This document shows, in pieces, positions 22,656 through 30,912 of a stretch of DNA of 32,000 nt. A program made the translations under genes and the position numbers. Origin of the DNA: Ignicoccus hospitalis KIN4/I (GTDB lineage Archaea > Thermoproteota > Thermoprotei_A > Sulfolobales > Ignicoccaceae); assembly GCF_000017945.1 (NCBI RefSeq), contig NC_009776.1, forward strand, positions 660,001-692,000, written 5' to 3'. The first letter of the stretch is position 1. Every line of letters starts with the position of its first letter. Below the pieces are notes generated by a model. That model ran no database searches, was not told the DNA's origin, and was given only the letters and a program-made list of their open reading frames with translations.

Positions 22656-24065
22656 ATGGAAAAACCTAGGGTCAGGGTAAGAGGTATCTACGCAACGGCT
22701 GTAGCTAAGGTTTTATTGGACGAGGGGCTCGAGCTGAGTGACCTCTCGAAGAAGCTCAAGGAGAGAATAGGACACGAGGGCTCTCCCGAGCCTCCTCACG
22801 TAACTGTCAAGCAGTCGGATGACAACCCTGACCAATTGGTTATCATCGGGTTTCCCGAGGAGACGGATAAGGTTATTCAAACGCTCAGAAAGAGCATGCC
22901 CTATTCTGTACACCACTTAGCGAGGCCTAACCTCCACAGCGCTTATGTGGTCGAGGTGGACGAGGAGTGTAGGACTAAACTAGGCGAAGAGGAAGTGAGG
23001 GTTAAGGCGAAGGAGTGTTACGACGGAAAAAAGTTAATAGCTGAGGTCGTGCGTTCCAGGGTCTTCCCGACCGATAAATTGGTGATGGAAGAGGGCTTCC
23101 GGGTGATAGGGCTCTATGCAGAACTAGTGATCGGCAGGGGGAGCGGAGTAACTTTCTCTAAGCATATTACAGACTTGGAGACCAAGATGTTACTAATGAA
23201 CTTGGCTGCTGAGGTCGTCAGGAGGGGGGTAAAAGTCCACTGGAGGAGCTCAGCCAAGAAGGCCGAACCTCAAGTCCTCCTCGAGGAGCTCGAGAAGCTT
23301 TACGACGAGGCCACGAAGATAATGGTAAAGGCGAGGGACGCCGACCACGGGACCGAAGTCTATCCCGGCGAGAGGCTGGACGTGGTCGAGCTGACCTTAG
23401 AAGACAAGGTAATCCTGGACGAAATCCGGTCGAAGGTGGTGCCCACGATGCCTTACCATCACAGCCTCAAGTCCGGGGGCGACCGCATGGCCGCTGCCGT
23501 CGAGTTGGGCGATAAGATAGCAGCGAGTAGCGAGGTTAAGGCAGAGAGCGTCATAGACTACATAATTGACTTAGCAAGGGATATGAAGTACCTTAACATA
23601 ATCCACAAGAAGGTTGACGGCGCCGAGTACTCGTTGGGCAGGGCAAGGGTTAGGGGGAACGTAGATAACTACTTGGTCTTAGAGAGGAGGAGCAAGGACT
23701 ATGGAAAGTACGACGGCTTGGACGTGGTGAAGGAGCCGGGGGACCTCATGATCACGCTGGTAAGCCCGTTCTCGAGGTACCTAATACACGCGTACTACGA
23801 CCAGTACGGCAACGAGAAGGGAATTTACGTTAACGTAAACACCGGTGTGGAGGTGGGGGAAGGCAACGTGAGGTACATAGACTTGGAAGTTGATATAATA
23901 CACAAGGACGGGGAGTGGAGTGTAATAGACGAAGACGGGCTGGACCGCTTACCCGCCCCCTTGCGCGAGCTCGCAGTGGCTGAGGTTGAAAAGCTCCTCT
24001 CGCACCCCGACCGGATAAAAGAAGTTGTCGCGAATGCACGAGAGCTGCTCTCTGCTCAACTCTAA
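22656..24065 (+). CDS. fau-1: probable ribonuclease FAU-1 (RNA-binding, C-terminal DUF402 domain)
   Basis: In-frame ATG 22656 follows GGGGT and gives MEKPRVRVRGIYATAVAKVLLDEGLEL, the typical FAU-1 N-terminus. The C-terminal part is DUF402-like (GIYVNVNTGVEVGEGNVRYIDLEVDIIH). The upstream 180 nt of track ORF 22476.. overlap the UPF0147 gene and are rejected. Confidence 0.85.
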   Translation: MEKPRVRVRGIYATAVAKVLLDEGLELSDLSKKLKERIGHEGSPEPPHVTVKQSDDNPDQLVIIGFPEETDKVIQTLRKSMPYSVHHLARPNLHSAYVVEVDEECRTKLGEEEVRVKAKECYDGKKLIAEVVRSRVFPTDKLVMEEGFRVIGLYAELVIGRGSGVTFSKHITDLETKMLLMNLAAEVVRRGVKVHWRSSAKKAEPQVLLEELEKLYDEATKIMVKARDADHGTEVYPGERLDVVELTLEDKVILDEIRSKVVPTMPYHHSLKSGGDRMAAAVELGDKIAASSEVKAESVIDYIIDLARDMKYLNIIHKKVDGAEYSLGRARVRGNVDNYLVLERRSKDYGKYDGLDVVKEPGDLMITLVSPFSRYLIHAYYDQYGNEKGIYVNVNTGVEVGEGNVRYIDLEVDIIHKDGEWSVIDEDGLDRLPAPLRELAVAEVEKLLSHPDRIKEVVANARELLSAQL

Positions 24066-24534
24066 AGTTGCCTTGGCCTACGGAGAGCCGTTCAAGAAAC
24101 TCTACTTGCTGCCATCCCTCTTGGGCTGCGACGAAGAGACGGTGTATCTGATACCTTCTCACTTAGCTTACTTGGAGTACTTCGTAGAGAAGGGGTTGGT
24201 GACTGAAGTCAATAACGCGAGAGAGTTGATAATAAAGCTGAACGAGGCCATGAGGAGAAAGATGAACGTCGCGGTGGTAGAGCCGGAGGAGCTCCAAGGT
24301 ATTAAGAACGTTCGGAAGATGATGGCGTTTGTATCTTGGTACTTGAAGGAGTACACGGCGAGGAGTGGGAGGAGGGCCTTCATCTTGCTGAGGACGAGCG
24401 GTTTCACGGAAAGGCCGCCCTTCTTTAACTACGTAGAGCCGTGGGCCGGAGTAGTGATTGAAGTTATCTTCAAGCGCGGGAAAGTGTTAATGAATGTGGA
24501 CTACGGCGGAGGTGTGGAGGTTTGGACTATCTAA
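24034..24534 (+). CDS. hypothetical protein (about 166 aa)
   Basis: The ORF overlaps the FAU-1 stop by about 30 nt (ATG 24034 or TTG 24025) and overlaps the carS start by 13 nt. Composition is protein-like. No family recognised. Confidence 0.55.
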   Translation: MHESCSLLNSKVALAYGEPFKKLYLLPSLLGCDEETVYLIPSHLAYLEYFVEKGLVTEVNNARELIIKLNEAMRRKMNVAVVEPEELQGIKNVRKMMAFVSWYLKEYTARSGRRAFILLRTSGFTERPPFFNYVEPWAGVVIEVIFKRGKVLMNVDYGGGVEVWTI

Positions 24535-25037
24535 ACGCAATAGTACAAGTGATAACGTATCTCGTCATGTATTACGCCCCAGCTATGGTGGCCAACGCTT
24601 CTCCGGTCTTCGTGGGGAGGGGCACTCCTCTCGACTTCGGGAAGAGGTTCTGGGACGGGAGGCGCTTGCTAGGTGACGGCAAGACGTGGGAGGGACTAAT
24701 GGTCGGAATGTTGTTCGGTTCGACTATAGCGTGCGCAGAGTCAGTCCTATTGGACTCGCCCGCCTTGTACGTGTACGGCCTAATGGCGGTCCTCGGGGCT
24801 CTAATAGGGGATATAGTCTCTTCATTCTTTAAAAGGAGAATCGGCTTGGAGAGGGGCGCTCCCCTACCTCTGGTCGACCAACTCGACTTCTACGTAGGAG
24901 CTACTGCCTTCATGATTGCAGTCGGGTGGAAGCCCGAGTGGAAGCTGGTGGCGCTGGGTGCAATAATAATAGTTATACTACACAAGCTGACTAACTTGAT
25001 AGCGTACTACCTTCACTTGAAGGACGTTCCTTGGTAA
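24522..25037 (+). CDS. carS: CDP-archaeol synthase (CarS, DUF46 family)
   Basis: 171-aa membrane protein. [13 protein letters not shown]...[23 protein letters not shown]...[15 protein letters not shown]...PLVDQLDF matches the CarS pattern. Confidence 0.85.
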   Translation: MDYLNAIVQVITYLVMYYAPAMVANASPVFVGRGTPLDFGKRFWDGRRLLGDGKTWEGLMVGMLFGSTIACAESVLLDSPALYVYGLMAVLGALIGDIVSSFFKRRIGLERGAPLPLVDQLDFYVGATAFMIAVGWKPEWKLVALGAIIIVILHKLTNLIAYYLHLKDVPW

Positions 25038-25185
25038 GCTTGGCTAGGACTCTGTACTTAACGTACTTGTCTTCTGGACTGAACCTCGGCGGGTGGGGTA
25101 CTGTCGTCTGTCCGTTACACACCGGGCAGACGTCCTTGAAGGTGTACCTGCCACACCTCACACACTTCTTCATTAAGAACTTCAT
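24991..25185 (-). CDS. nop10: H/ACA RNP protein Nop10
   Basis: The Zn ribbon is [20 protein letters not shown], followed by [15 protein letters not shown]. It has a 4-nt overlap with the upstream aIF2-alpha gene, a conserved archaeal gene pair. Confidence 0.9.
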   Translation of the reverse strand: MKFLMKKCVRCGRYTFKDVCPVCNGQTTVPHPPRFSPEDKYVKYRVLAKLTKERPSSEGSTLSS

Positions 25186-25979
25186 TTCCTTCCCACCTGT
25201 TCGAACTTAGCCACTTCTAACCCCTCTGCTTTCGCCTCTTCAAGGATCTTCTCTCCCACGGCCTCGAGCGTCTTCCCCGCGGTCTTGTAATCTAAAGCCG
25301 TCACCTCTACCATGTACCTAGGCGCCCCCACAGTATACACCCTCACGTTTATCTCGTCACCCTTGATGAAGTCGTAAGCGCTCATGAGGGTCCTCCTGAT
25401 ACGGTCGACTCCGTCCGGCGCGAAGGACTGCAATATGGCCATGCCTACTACTTTCGCCGGCTTTATCTTTATGTGAGTCTTCGCAACTTCTGTTATAGCC
25501 TTTGCCACTTCTTCCGGAATGCCCAGCTTGGTTAGCACTTCCTCCCCTCCTAAGGCGGCCTCCTCAAACACTCCCAGCAAGTCACCGAAGTGCTTCTGGA
25601 TGTGGGGTTCCAACATGTTGTATAACTTGTCGTAGTCCTCGCCGAGAGCTTCGGCTACCAACTTCAACAAGTTTTCTCCTTTCTTAAACCTCTTATACAT
25701 GTACATCTTTCTCTTTCGTTCGGAATCCGTCACCTTCTTTAGCGAGAGGTCGACCGTCCCCCTCTTCTTATTTACCCTTATGACTTTGCAAACTATCTTT
25801 TGGTTTTCCTTCAAGACTTGCCTTATGTTCCTAACCCACCTGGACGCCACTTCGCTCCAAGGGAGGTAAGCTTCCAAGTCGTCATACTCGTCCAGGGTGA
25901 CGTAAGCGCCGTAGTCGAACACCTCTCTGACTGTCGCGACGACTAGTTCTCCCACTCTGGGCAACCTCTTCTTGGGCAT
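25182..25979 (-). CDS. eif2a: translation initiation factor aIF2 alpha subunit
   Basis: The S1 domain is [55 protein letters not shown]...VDLSLKKV. The length of 265 aa is typical. Confidence 0.92.
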   Translation of the reverse strand: MPKKRLPRVGELVVATVREVFDYGAYVTLDEYDDLEAYLPWSEVASRWVRNIRQVLKENQKIVCKVIRVNKKRGTVDLSLKKVTDSERKRKMYMYKRFKKGENLLKLVAEALGEDYDKLYNMLEPHIQKHFGDLLGVFEEAALGGEEVLTKLGIPEEVAKAITEVAKTHIKIKPAKVVGMAILQSFAPDGVDRIRRTLMSAYDFIKGDEINVRVYTVGAPRYMVEVTALDYKTAGKTLEAVGEKILEEAKAEGLEVAKFEQVGRK

Positions 25980-26023
25980 TTTACCTCCTCGTCTCCTTCG
26001 TGGTTTACGGGGTTAAATGGTAG

Positions 26024-26578
26024 TTACGCGTCACAAGCTTCCTTGAGAACGCCCTTCAAGAGGAGCTTCGCCCGCTCTACGAAGTCCTCTACGTCCCTAG
26101 TGTTAGGAATTATGAAATCTGCCATCTCCATGATTTTCTTGACGCCAAGCTCTATCTCCTTTTCGTCTCTCTTTTTTAATATTTCCACTACGTTCCCTCG
26201 GTCGTCCGCGCGCGCCCTGGAGGAGAGCCTTTCCGCCCTCAGCTCGAAGGGCGCTTCGATGGCGACGACTATCACCTTTGTGTACCTCTTAAACGTCTCC
26301 AGTTCTTCGGGGGCTCTACAACCGTCCACGAGGACTACGCAGCTCTCTTTGTATTCTCTCTCTATTCTGTCAATCACCAATTTGGCCAGTACGTCCTTGC
26401 CGTGCTTAGCCCTCAATTCAGCGGCTACCTTGGCCAAGTTGTCGGATGTGAGCTCCAAATTCCTTTTCTTCGCCTCTTCCCTTACTATGTCGCCCATAAC
26501 TATTACTGGTATGCCCAACGCTTTAGCGACCTCGGCGAAGGTGCCCTTCCCGGACCCCGGGAGGCCGGCCGTCACCAC
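26024..26578 (-). CDS. UPF0200-family P-loop nucleotide kinase-like protein
   Basis: VTAGLPGSGKGTFAEVAKALGIPVIVMGDIVREEAKKRNL...AAELRAKHGKD matches the UPF0200 pattern (GmPGSGK...MGDviRee). Confidence 0.8.
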   Translation of the reverse strand: MVTAGLPGSGKGTFAEVAKALGIPVIVMGDIVREEAKKRNLELTSDNLAKVAAELRAKHGKDVLAKLVIDRIEREYKESCVVLVDGCRAPEELETFKRYTKVIVVAIEAPFELRAERLSSRARADDRGNVVEILKKRDEKEIELGVKKIMEMADFIIPNTRDVEDFVERAKLLLKGVLKEACDA

Positions 26579-26624
26579 GAGTAAGCGTGTTATGTTCGGC
26601 CCCCGCTGACAGCCGCGCGAGAGT

Positions 26625-26636
26625 GAAAAAATAAAG
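26625..26636 (+). promoter_or_regulatory. TATA-like element upstream of rps8e
   Basis: GAAAAAATAAAG lies about 32-43 nt upstream of TTG 26668 in the divergent spacer. Confidence 0.3.
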
Positions 26637-26667
26637 CGCTCGCTGGGGGCGCAACGGGGACGCGACG

Positions 26668-27060
26668 TTGGGCGTGTACCACGGCCCGGACTTGAAGAAG
26701 ATAACTGGCGGCAAGAAGAGGAGACACAGAAAGGTCAAGAGGAAGTACTGGATGGGTCGTTACCCAACCAACACTACCTTAGCTGAGAACGAGAAGAGAA
26801 AGATAGAGAGGGTAAGGGGAGGTAACATCAAGGTGAGGCTCAGGTATGCCGCCTATGCTAACGTGGTTGACCCCAACGAAAACGTCGCGAAAAAGGTGAA
26901 GATACTGAGAGTTCTAGAAACTCCAGCCAATAAGGAGTTAGCGAGACACGGCATCATTGTTAAAGGAACCAAGATAGAGACCGAGCTGGGCGTCGCGGTG
27001 GTCACCTCCCGGCCGGGTCAAGACGGAGTGATTAACGCAGTGTTAATAGAGAGGAAGTGA
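26668..27060 (+). CDS. rps8e: 30S ribosomal protein S8e
   Basis: GVYHGPDLKKITGGKKRRHRKVKRKY... and the 130-aa length are typical of S8e. Confidence 0.92.
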   Translation: MGVYHGPDLKKITGGKKRRHRKVKRKYWMGRYPTNTTLAENEKRKIERVRGGNIKVRLRYAAYANVVDPNENVAKKVKILRVLETPANKELARHGIIVKGTKIETELGVAVVTSRPGQDGVINAVLIERK

Positions 27061-27067
27061 GGCGTAT

Positions 27068-27367
27068 ATGACGTTAAAGAAGTATAAGGGGAAGTACGTT
27101 ATTTTATGGCCACAGTACTTCGATTCCTCCTTGAGCCGGAAGGAGGGACGTCGGGTCCCCCGGGAGCTCGCGGTGGCGAGGCCCTCCCAGAAGGAACTGT
27201 TAGAGGTCGCCGCTGCCTTGGGTTTGGAAGCCAAGCCGCTGGAGGGTAAGTACCCTAGAGAGTGGTGGAACAAGGAGGGCCCCGTCTTAGTTGAGAAGAG
27301 GGGGAGCAAGCGCGAGGTGATAACGTTACTGGCCAAGGAACTGCGGAGGAGGAGGTACGGGAAGTAG
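27068..27367 (+). CDS. srp19: signal recognition particle protein SRP19
   Basis: YVILWPQYFDSSLSRKEGRRVPRELAV...ELLEVAAALGL is the canonical SRP19 pattern. Confidence 0.9.
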   Translation: MTLKKYKGKYVILWPQYFDSSLSRKEGRRVPRELAVARPSQKELLEVAAALGLEAKPLEGKYPREWWNKEGPVLVEKRGSKREVITLLAKELRRRRYGK

Positions 27368-27431
27368 ACGAACAGTTTCAACCGAATAATAAGTGGGAGC
27401 GGTAATACCTACATAACACGGGGGCCGGGTA

Positions 27432-27632
27432 GTGAAGTTTCATGTGTACAAGGTTACGCGTACCGGAATCTACGTCCTCAAACTCGAAGACAAGGTACTC
27501 CCCAGGATAGGCGACAAGATAAAGGTAGATAACAAGATCATGAAAGTTTTAGACATCATTGGGCCGGTACAAGAGCCTTTCGTCGTAGCTAAAGCCCTCG
27601 GAGAAACCCGAAAGAGCAACACTACGGGGTGA
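27432..27632 (+). CDS. gar1: H/ACA RNP protein Gar1
   Basis: 66-aa ORF. LPRIGDKIKVDNKIMKVLDIIGPVQEPFVVAK matches the archaeal Gar1 pattern (...G.V.diiGpv..Py..vk). It sits immediately upstream of tfb, as in many archaea. Confidence 0.8.
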   Translation: MKFHVYKVTRTGIYVLKLEDKVLPRIGDKIKVDNKIMKVLDIIGPVQEPFVVAKALGETRKSNTTG

Positions 27633-27638
27633 TAGTCC

Positions 27639-28712
27639 ATGAGCGCGATCGCCGGAGGCGGTACCCTCAAGTGCCCCGTCTGTGGGAGTACCTACGTAGT
27701 TCAAAACGAGATGGGCGATTTGGTCTGCGCTAGCTGCGGGACAGTGTTGCAAGAGTCGCGCGAAGTCAGCTTCGATTCGTTCGAGGGGTACGGGAGCGAT
27801 AACAAACCGATAGTCAGCAGGGGCGCTCTGACCGTTAGCCTCCATGACAAGGGCTTGGGAAGTGTCATAGATATTAAGGATATACACAACTTCAGATTCA
27901 AGAAAATGGCAAAGCTCCATAGCCGCTTGAAGATAGGCGATGACAAGGAGAGCTTCATAGCGGATGTCAAGAAGGGTATTGAAGAATACTCTTCGCTCAT
28001 AGCGAGGACTTTCGGAACTCCCCTCGGTAAGCAGATAGTTGCGAACGCACACGCCGTTTCCGACAAGATATATGACTTGCTCCCGAAAGAATACAGGAAG
28101 AAGGATATAGAGTACAGGAGGAAGGTAGGGCTCGCCATAATATTAGCCGTGATAAAGGAGTGCGGCTCTTATATACCTCCGGAAGTGGTGCTTAACAAGC
28201 TCGGCTTGGACTCTGAAGAGCAGAAAACGGTCAAGGAGCTCTACGTATTAGTGCACGACGCCATAGTCCACGGCGGGACGAAGGGGAGCAAGGAGAAGGT
28301 GTTGAAATGTAATACTACGACGAGAGAGAAGTTAACCAAAGTAACAGAAGCCTTGCTCAACTTCCTCGAGCTGCACTCCGGGCTGCAGCTCCCGAGGAAG
28401 ACTCTCGCGCTGGAAACTATACATAAGATTTCCAACGCTTTCATAAAAGCGAAGAAGGACAGCCTGGGGAGTAAGTACATTAGCTCATACGTGGGCGGCG
28501 CGATCTATTTGACGTTGCGCATCTTAGCCATAGACCAAAAGTCCATGCTGACCCAAGAAGAGATAGCGAAGGCTTTGGGTAGGGGCTCGAACGCTATCAG
28601 AAACGCGTACACGGAGATAGTCGACAACGTTCTAGTAATTGTGGAAGTGCCGGCGAAGCCCGCGAAAAATAAATCTAGGAAGTCCGGGAAGGCAGACGGG
28701 TCGCGGCGTTGA
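27639..28712 (+). CDS. tfb: transcription initiation factor TFB (TFIIB homologue)
   Basis: The N-terminal Zn ribbon is CPVCGSTYVVQNEMGDLVCASCGTVL and the B-reader/linker is SLHDKGLGSVI. About 250 aa of cyclin-like repeats follow. There is an unusual basic C-terminal tail (PAKPAKNKSRKSGKADGSRR). Confidence 0.88.
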   Translation: MSAIAGGGTLKCPVCGSTYVVQNEMGDLVCASCGTVLQESREVSFDSFEGYGSDNKPIVSRGALTVSLHDKGLGSVIDIKDIHNFRFKKMAKLHSRLKIGDDKESFIADVKKGIEEYSSLIARTFGTPLGKQIVANAHAVSDKIYDLLPKEYRKKDIEYRRKVGLAIILAVIKECGSYIPPEVVLNKLGLDSEEQKTVKELYVLVHDAIVHGGTKGSKEKVLKCNTTTREKLTKVTEALLNFLELHSGLQLPRKTLALETIHKISNAFIKAKKDSLGSKYISSYVGGAIYLTLRILAIDQKSMLTQEEIAKALGRGSNAIRNAYTEIVDNVLVIVEVPAKPAKNKSRKSGKADGSRR

Positions 28713-28993
28713 ACGAGAACGAGGCAATAAACGCTCTAATAAACGTAATCGGGACCCTCTTCGCAAGGCTCCGCGAGGTCGTAGCTCACTACCTCCAACT
28801 TTACGTCTTCTCTAAGAACCCTTCTCTAGCATCCAAATACGGCGATTTCATAATATTTATGGTTACCTTAACTGTACTCTATGCCCTAATAGAGATCCTC
28901 GAAGGTTTTAAGAAATTCTTCAAGGTGATCCTAGCGTTGGGTTGGACCTTGTTGGCGGTACTTATAGCATTAAACTACTTGGTGAACAGATAA
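28709..28993 (+). CDS. small membrane protein (94 aa, about 2 TM helices)
   Basis: The TTG start overlaps the tfb stop (TTGA). Hydrophobic helices are FIIFMVTLTVLYALIEIL and VILALGWTLLAVLIALNYL. Confidence 0.55.
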   Translation: MNENEAINALINVIGTLFARLREVVAHYLQLYVFSKNPSLASKYGDFIIFMVTLTVLYALIEILEGFKKFFKVILALGWTLLAVLIALNYLVNR

Positions 28994-29051
28994 GGTTCTC
29001 ATTACGAGTAAGATAAAAGGAGGGTGTTTGTTCCCATACCGGAGAGGACCT

Positions 29052-29747
29052 ATGAACAAAAGGGCGTTCCTGACCATACTGTCCATATTGCCTCTGCTGT
29101 TAGCTCAGACCACTGTGTATACCACCGTTACCAGCACCACCTACACCACGACCACCGTGACCGCCACTCTGATACCGAACAATCCTTCTACCTTAATAGT
29201 GCCGGTAACTAATACCACCTATACTACGGTGTACACCACGGTCACTGTGGCTCCTCAAGGGCAAAAGGTGGTGTACACTACAGTAACTAAGACTACCTAT
29301 ACGACCGTGTTCACTACAATAACCGCTATAATAAAGACGGTCTACAGCACCGTCACGACCACTCTCTACCGCGATGTCTACCATCCCATCACCTTCTACA
29401 TAACTAAGACTGTCGTCTCCACGCTGACCGTACCAACTACTGTCTTGTCGACGGTAACTAAAACCTTGACCAAGGTTATGACAGTAACCAGCACTATAAT
29501 CGACGTCTTCACGATTAGGTTCACAGAGACCGTCACGTCAACTAAGAGCACGGTGTTGACGAGTACATTCACCGCCTTCAAGGCTATAACCGTGACCACT
29601 ACAACATTCATAACCAAGCACATAACTGACATAATAACGACCACTATAGAGAACGTCGCTGCAGTATACGTCCCCGCGGGGCTGGCGGCGGGCCTAATGG
29701 TGATACTGGCTGTATTGGCGTTAATATTTAGGAAGGTGGGCGAGTAA
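29052..29747 (+). CDS. Thr/Val/Tyr-rich secreted protein with a C-terminal TM anchor
   Basis: ATG 29052 gives the signal peptide [20 protein letters not shown]. The mature region of about 190 aa has about 70 Thr by hand count. The C-terminus is [29 protein letters not shown]. The 8-codon extension in the track (TTG 29028) is less likely. Confidence 0.75.
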   Translation: MNKRAFLTILSILPLLLAQTTVYTTVTSTTYTTTTVTATLIPNNPSTLIVPVTNTTYTTVYTTVTVAPQGQKVVYTTVTKTTYTTVFTTITAIIKTVYSTVTTTLYRDVYHPITFYITKTVVSTLTVPTTVLSTVTKTLTKVMTVTSTIIDVFTIRFTETVTSTKSTVLTSTFTAFKAITVTTTTFITKHITDIITTTIENVAAVYVPAGLAAGLMVILAVLALIFRKVGE

Positions 29748-29752
29748 ACTCG

Positions 29753-29757
29753 TTTTT
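29753..29757 (+). terminator. oligo-T run after the Thr-rich gene
   Basis: TTTTT lies 6 nt after the TAA stop. Confidence 0.3.
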
Positions 29758-29797
29758 AGCGTTCTACCTCCCGTCCCCGTCCTCGGAGGATCTCGCT

Positions 29798-30565
29798 TTG
29801 CCGCTAACTAAGAGAATAATCCCTTGTTTGGACGTAAAGGACGGTAGGGTCGTGAAGGGCGTGAGCTTCCAGAACTTGAGGGACGCCGGGGACCCGGTAG
29901 AGCTGGCCGCGTACTATCAAGAACAAGGCGCCGACGAGATAGTCTTCTTGGACATATCCGCCACCCCCGAAGGGAGGGAAACGATGATTGAGGTAGTAAG
30001 GAGGACTGCGGAAAACCTCAGCATTCCCCTGACCGTCGGCGGAGGGGTCCGGAGCTTGGAGCATATAGAAAAACTGCTCAAGGCCGGCGCGGACAAAGTA
30101 AGCATAAACACCGCCGCCGTGAAGAACCCCTTGCTAATAACTGCGGCCGCGGAGGAGTTCGGCTCCCAAGCAGTGGTCGTCGCGATAGACGCTAAAAGAA
30201 AGGGAAACGGGTGGGAGGTTTACGTCAGCGCGGGCAAGGTGCCTACGGGGCTGGACGCAGTCGAGTGGGCGAAGAAGGCGGAGGAGTTAGGGGCCGGTGA
30301 GATACTCCTTACCTCAATAGACTACGACGGGACCCAGAACGGGTACGACTTAGAACTGACGAGGGCGGTAAGCGAGGCAGTCAAGATACCGGTAATAGCT
30401 TCTGGAGGCGCCGGCGAGCTCGAACACTTCTACGCAGTTCTAACTGAAGGGAAGGCTGACGCGGCACTGGCGGCGAGCGTTTTCCACTACGGTAAGTTCA
30501 CCGTCGGAGATGTCAAAAAATACCTAATTCAGCGCGGAGTGCCGGTAAGGCCTTGTTGTTGGTAG
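29798..30565 (+). CDS. hisF: imidazole glycerol phosphate synthase, cyclase subunit
   Basis: [36 protein letters not shown]...[12 protein letters not shown] and the remainder are canonical HisF. Confidence 0.93.
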   Translation: MPLTKRIIPCLDVKDGRVVKGVSFQNLRDAGDPVELAAYYQEQGADEIVFLDISATPEGRETMIEVVRRTAENLSIPLTVGGGVRSLEHIEKLLKAGADKVSINTAAVKNPLLITAAAEEFGSQAVVVAIDAKRKGNGWEVYVSAGKVPTGLDAVEWAKKAEELGAGEILLTSIDYDGTQNGYDLELTRAVSEAVKIPVIASGGAGELEHFYAVLTEGKADAALAASVFHYGKFTVGDVKKYLIQRGVPVRPCCW

Positions 30566-30912
30566 GCTGCGTAGAGCTCCTTCATAGTCTTAGTTACTAG
30601 GAAGTACTCAAACGCGTACGACGCGCTGATAGGGAGGGACATCAGCATTTTGTGAACGAAGCCAACGAAGGCTAAAACTAGCAGAAGGAAGAGCGAACCT
30701 ATCGCGGGCCCCGCCTCATCAACTACAAAAGAAGCGACGACGCCTACTACGGTATAGTAAAGGCTCCACGAAATGAGGGTAGCTACGAGCAGCATGGGAT
30801 TATAGACAATACCGAAGTAGACGCCCATGCCTAGCGCTAGGGGGAGAGAAAGTGAAAACGATATGATTAACCTGCCTCCGGCCCCCCACGGGACGCGGAC
30901 CTTTGACGCCAA
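30529..30912 (-). CDS. hypothetical integral membrane protein (127 aa, about 3-4 TM)
   Basis: The ORF consists of successive hydrophobic helices. It is convergent with hisF with a 37-nt overlap and divergent from the GT4 gene. No family recognised. Confidence 0.5.
   Translation of the reverse strand: MASKVRVPWGAGGRLIISFSLSLPLALGMGVYFGIVYNPMLLVATLISWSLYYTVVGVVASFVVDEAGPAIGSLFLLLVLAFVGFVHKMLMSLPISASYAFEYFLVTKTMKELYAAYQQQGLTGTPR

Noticed and set aside
26043-26609. 188-aa plus-strand ORF antisense to the UPF0200 gene
   Set aside because: It is a Ser-rich low-complexity shadow frame. The minus strand carries a clear P-loop family match.
27549-28138. Minus-strand ORFs 27549..28052 and 27701..28138 inside tfb
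   Set aside because: They overlap the confidently identified TFB gene, which has a Zn ribbon and cyclin repeats. They have no motifs of their own.
29052-29747. Possibility that the repetitive Thr-rich region is a nucleotide tandem repeat, CRISPR-like array or assembly artefact
   Set aside because: There is no exact nucleotide periodicity or repeat/spacer structure, and the Thr codons are mixed. The frame is intact with a signal peptide and a TM anchor, so it is a genuine low-complexity coding region.
17502-30565. Dispersed histidine biosynthesis genes (hisG at 17502, hisF at 29798) as an anomaly
   Set aside because: Scattered his genes are common in archaea. Nothing in the sequence suggests anything beyond ordinary lack of operon organisation.
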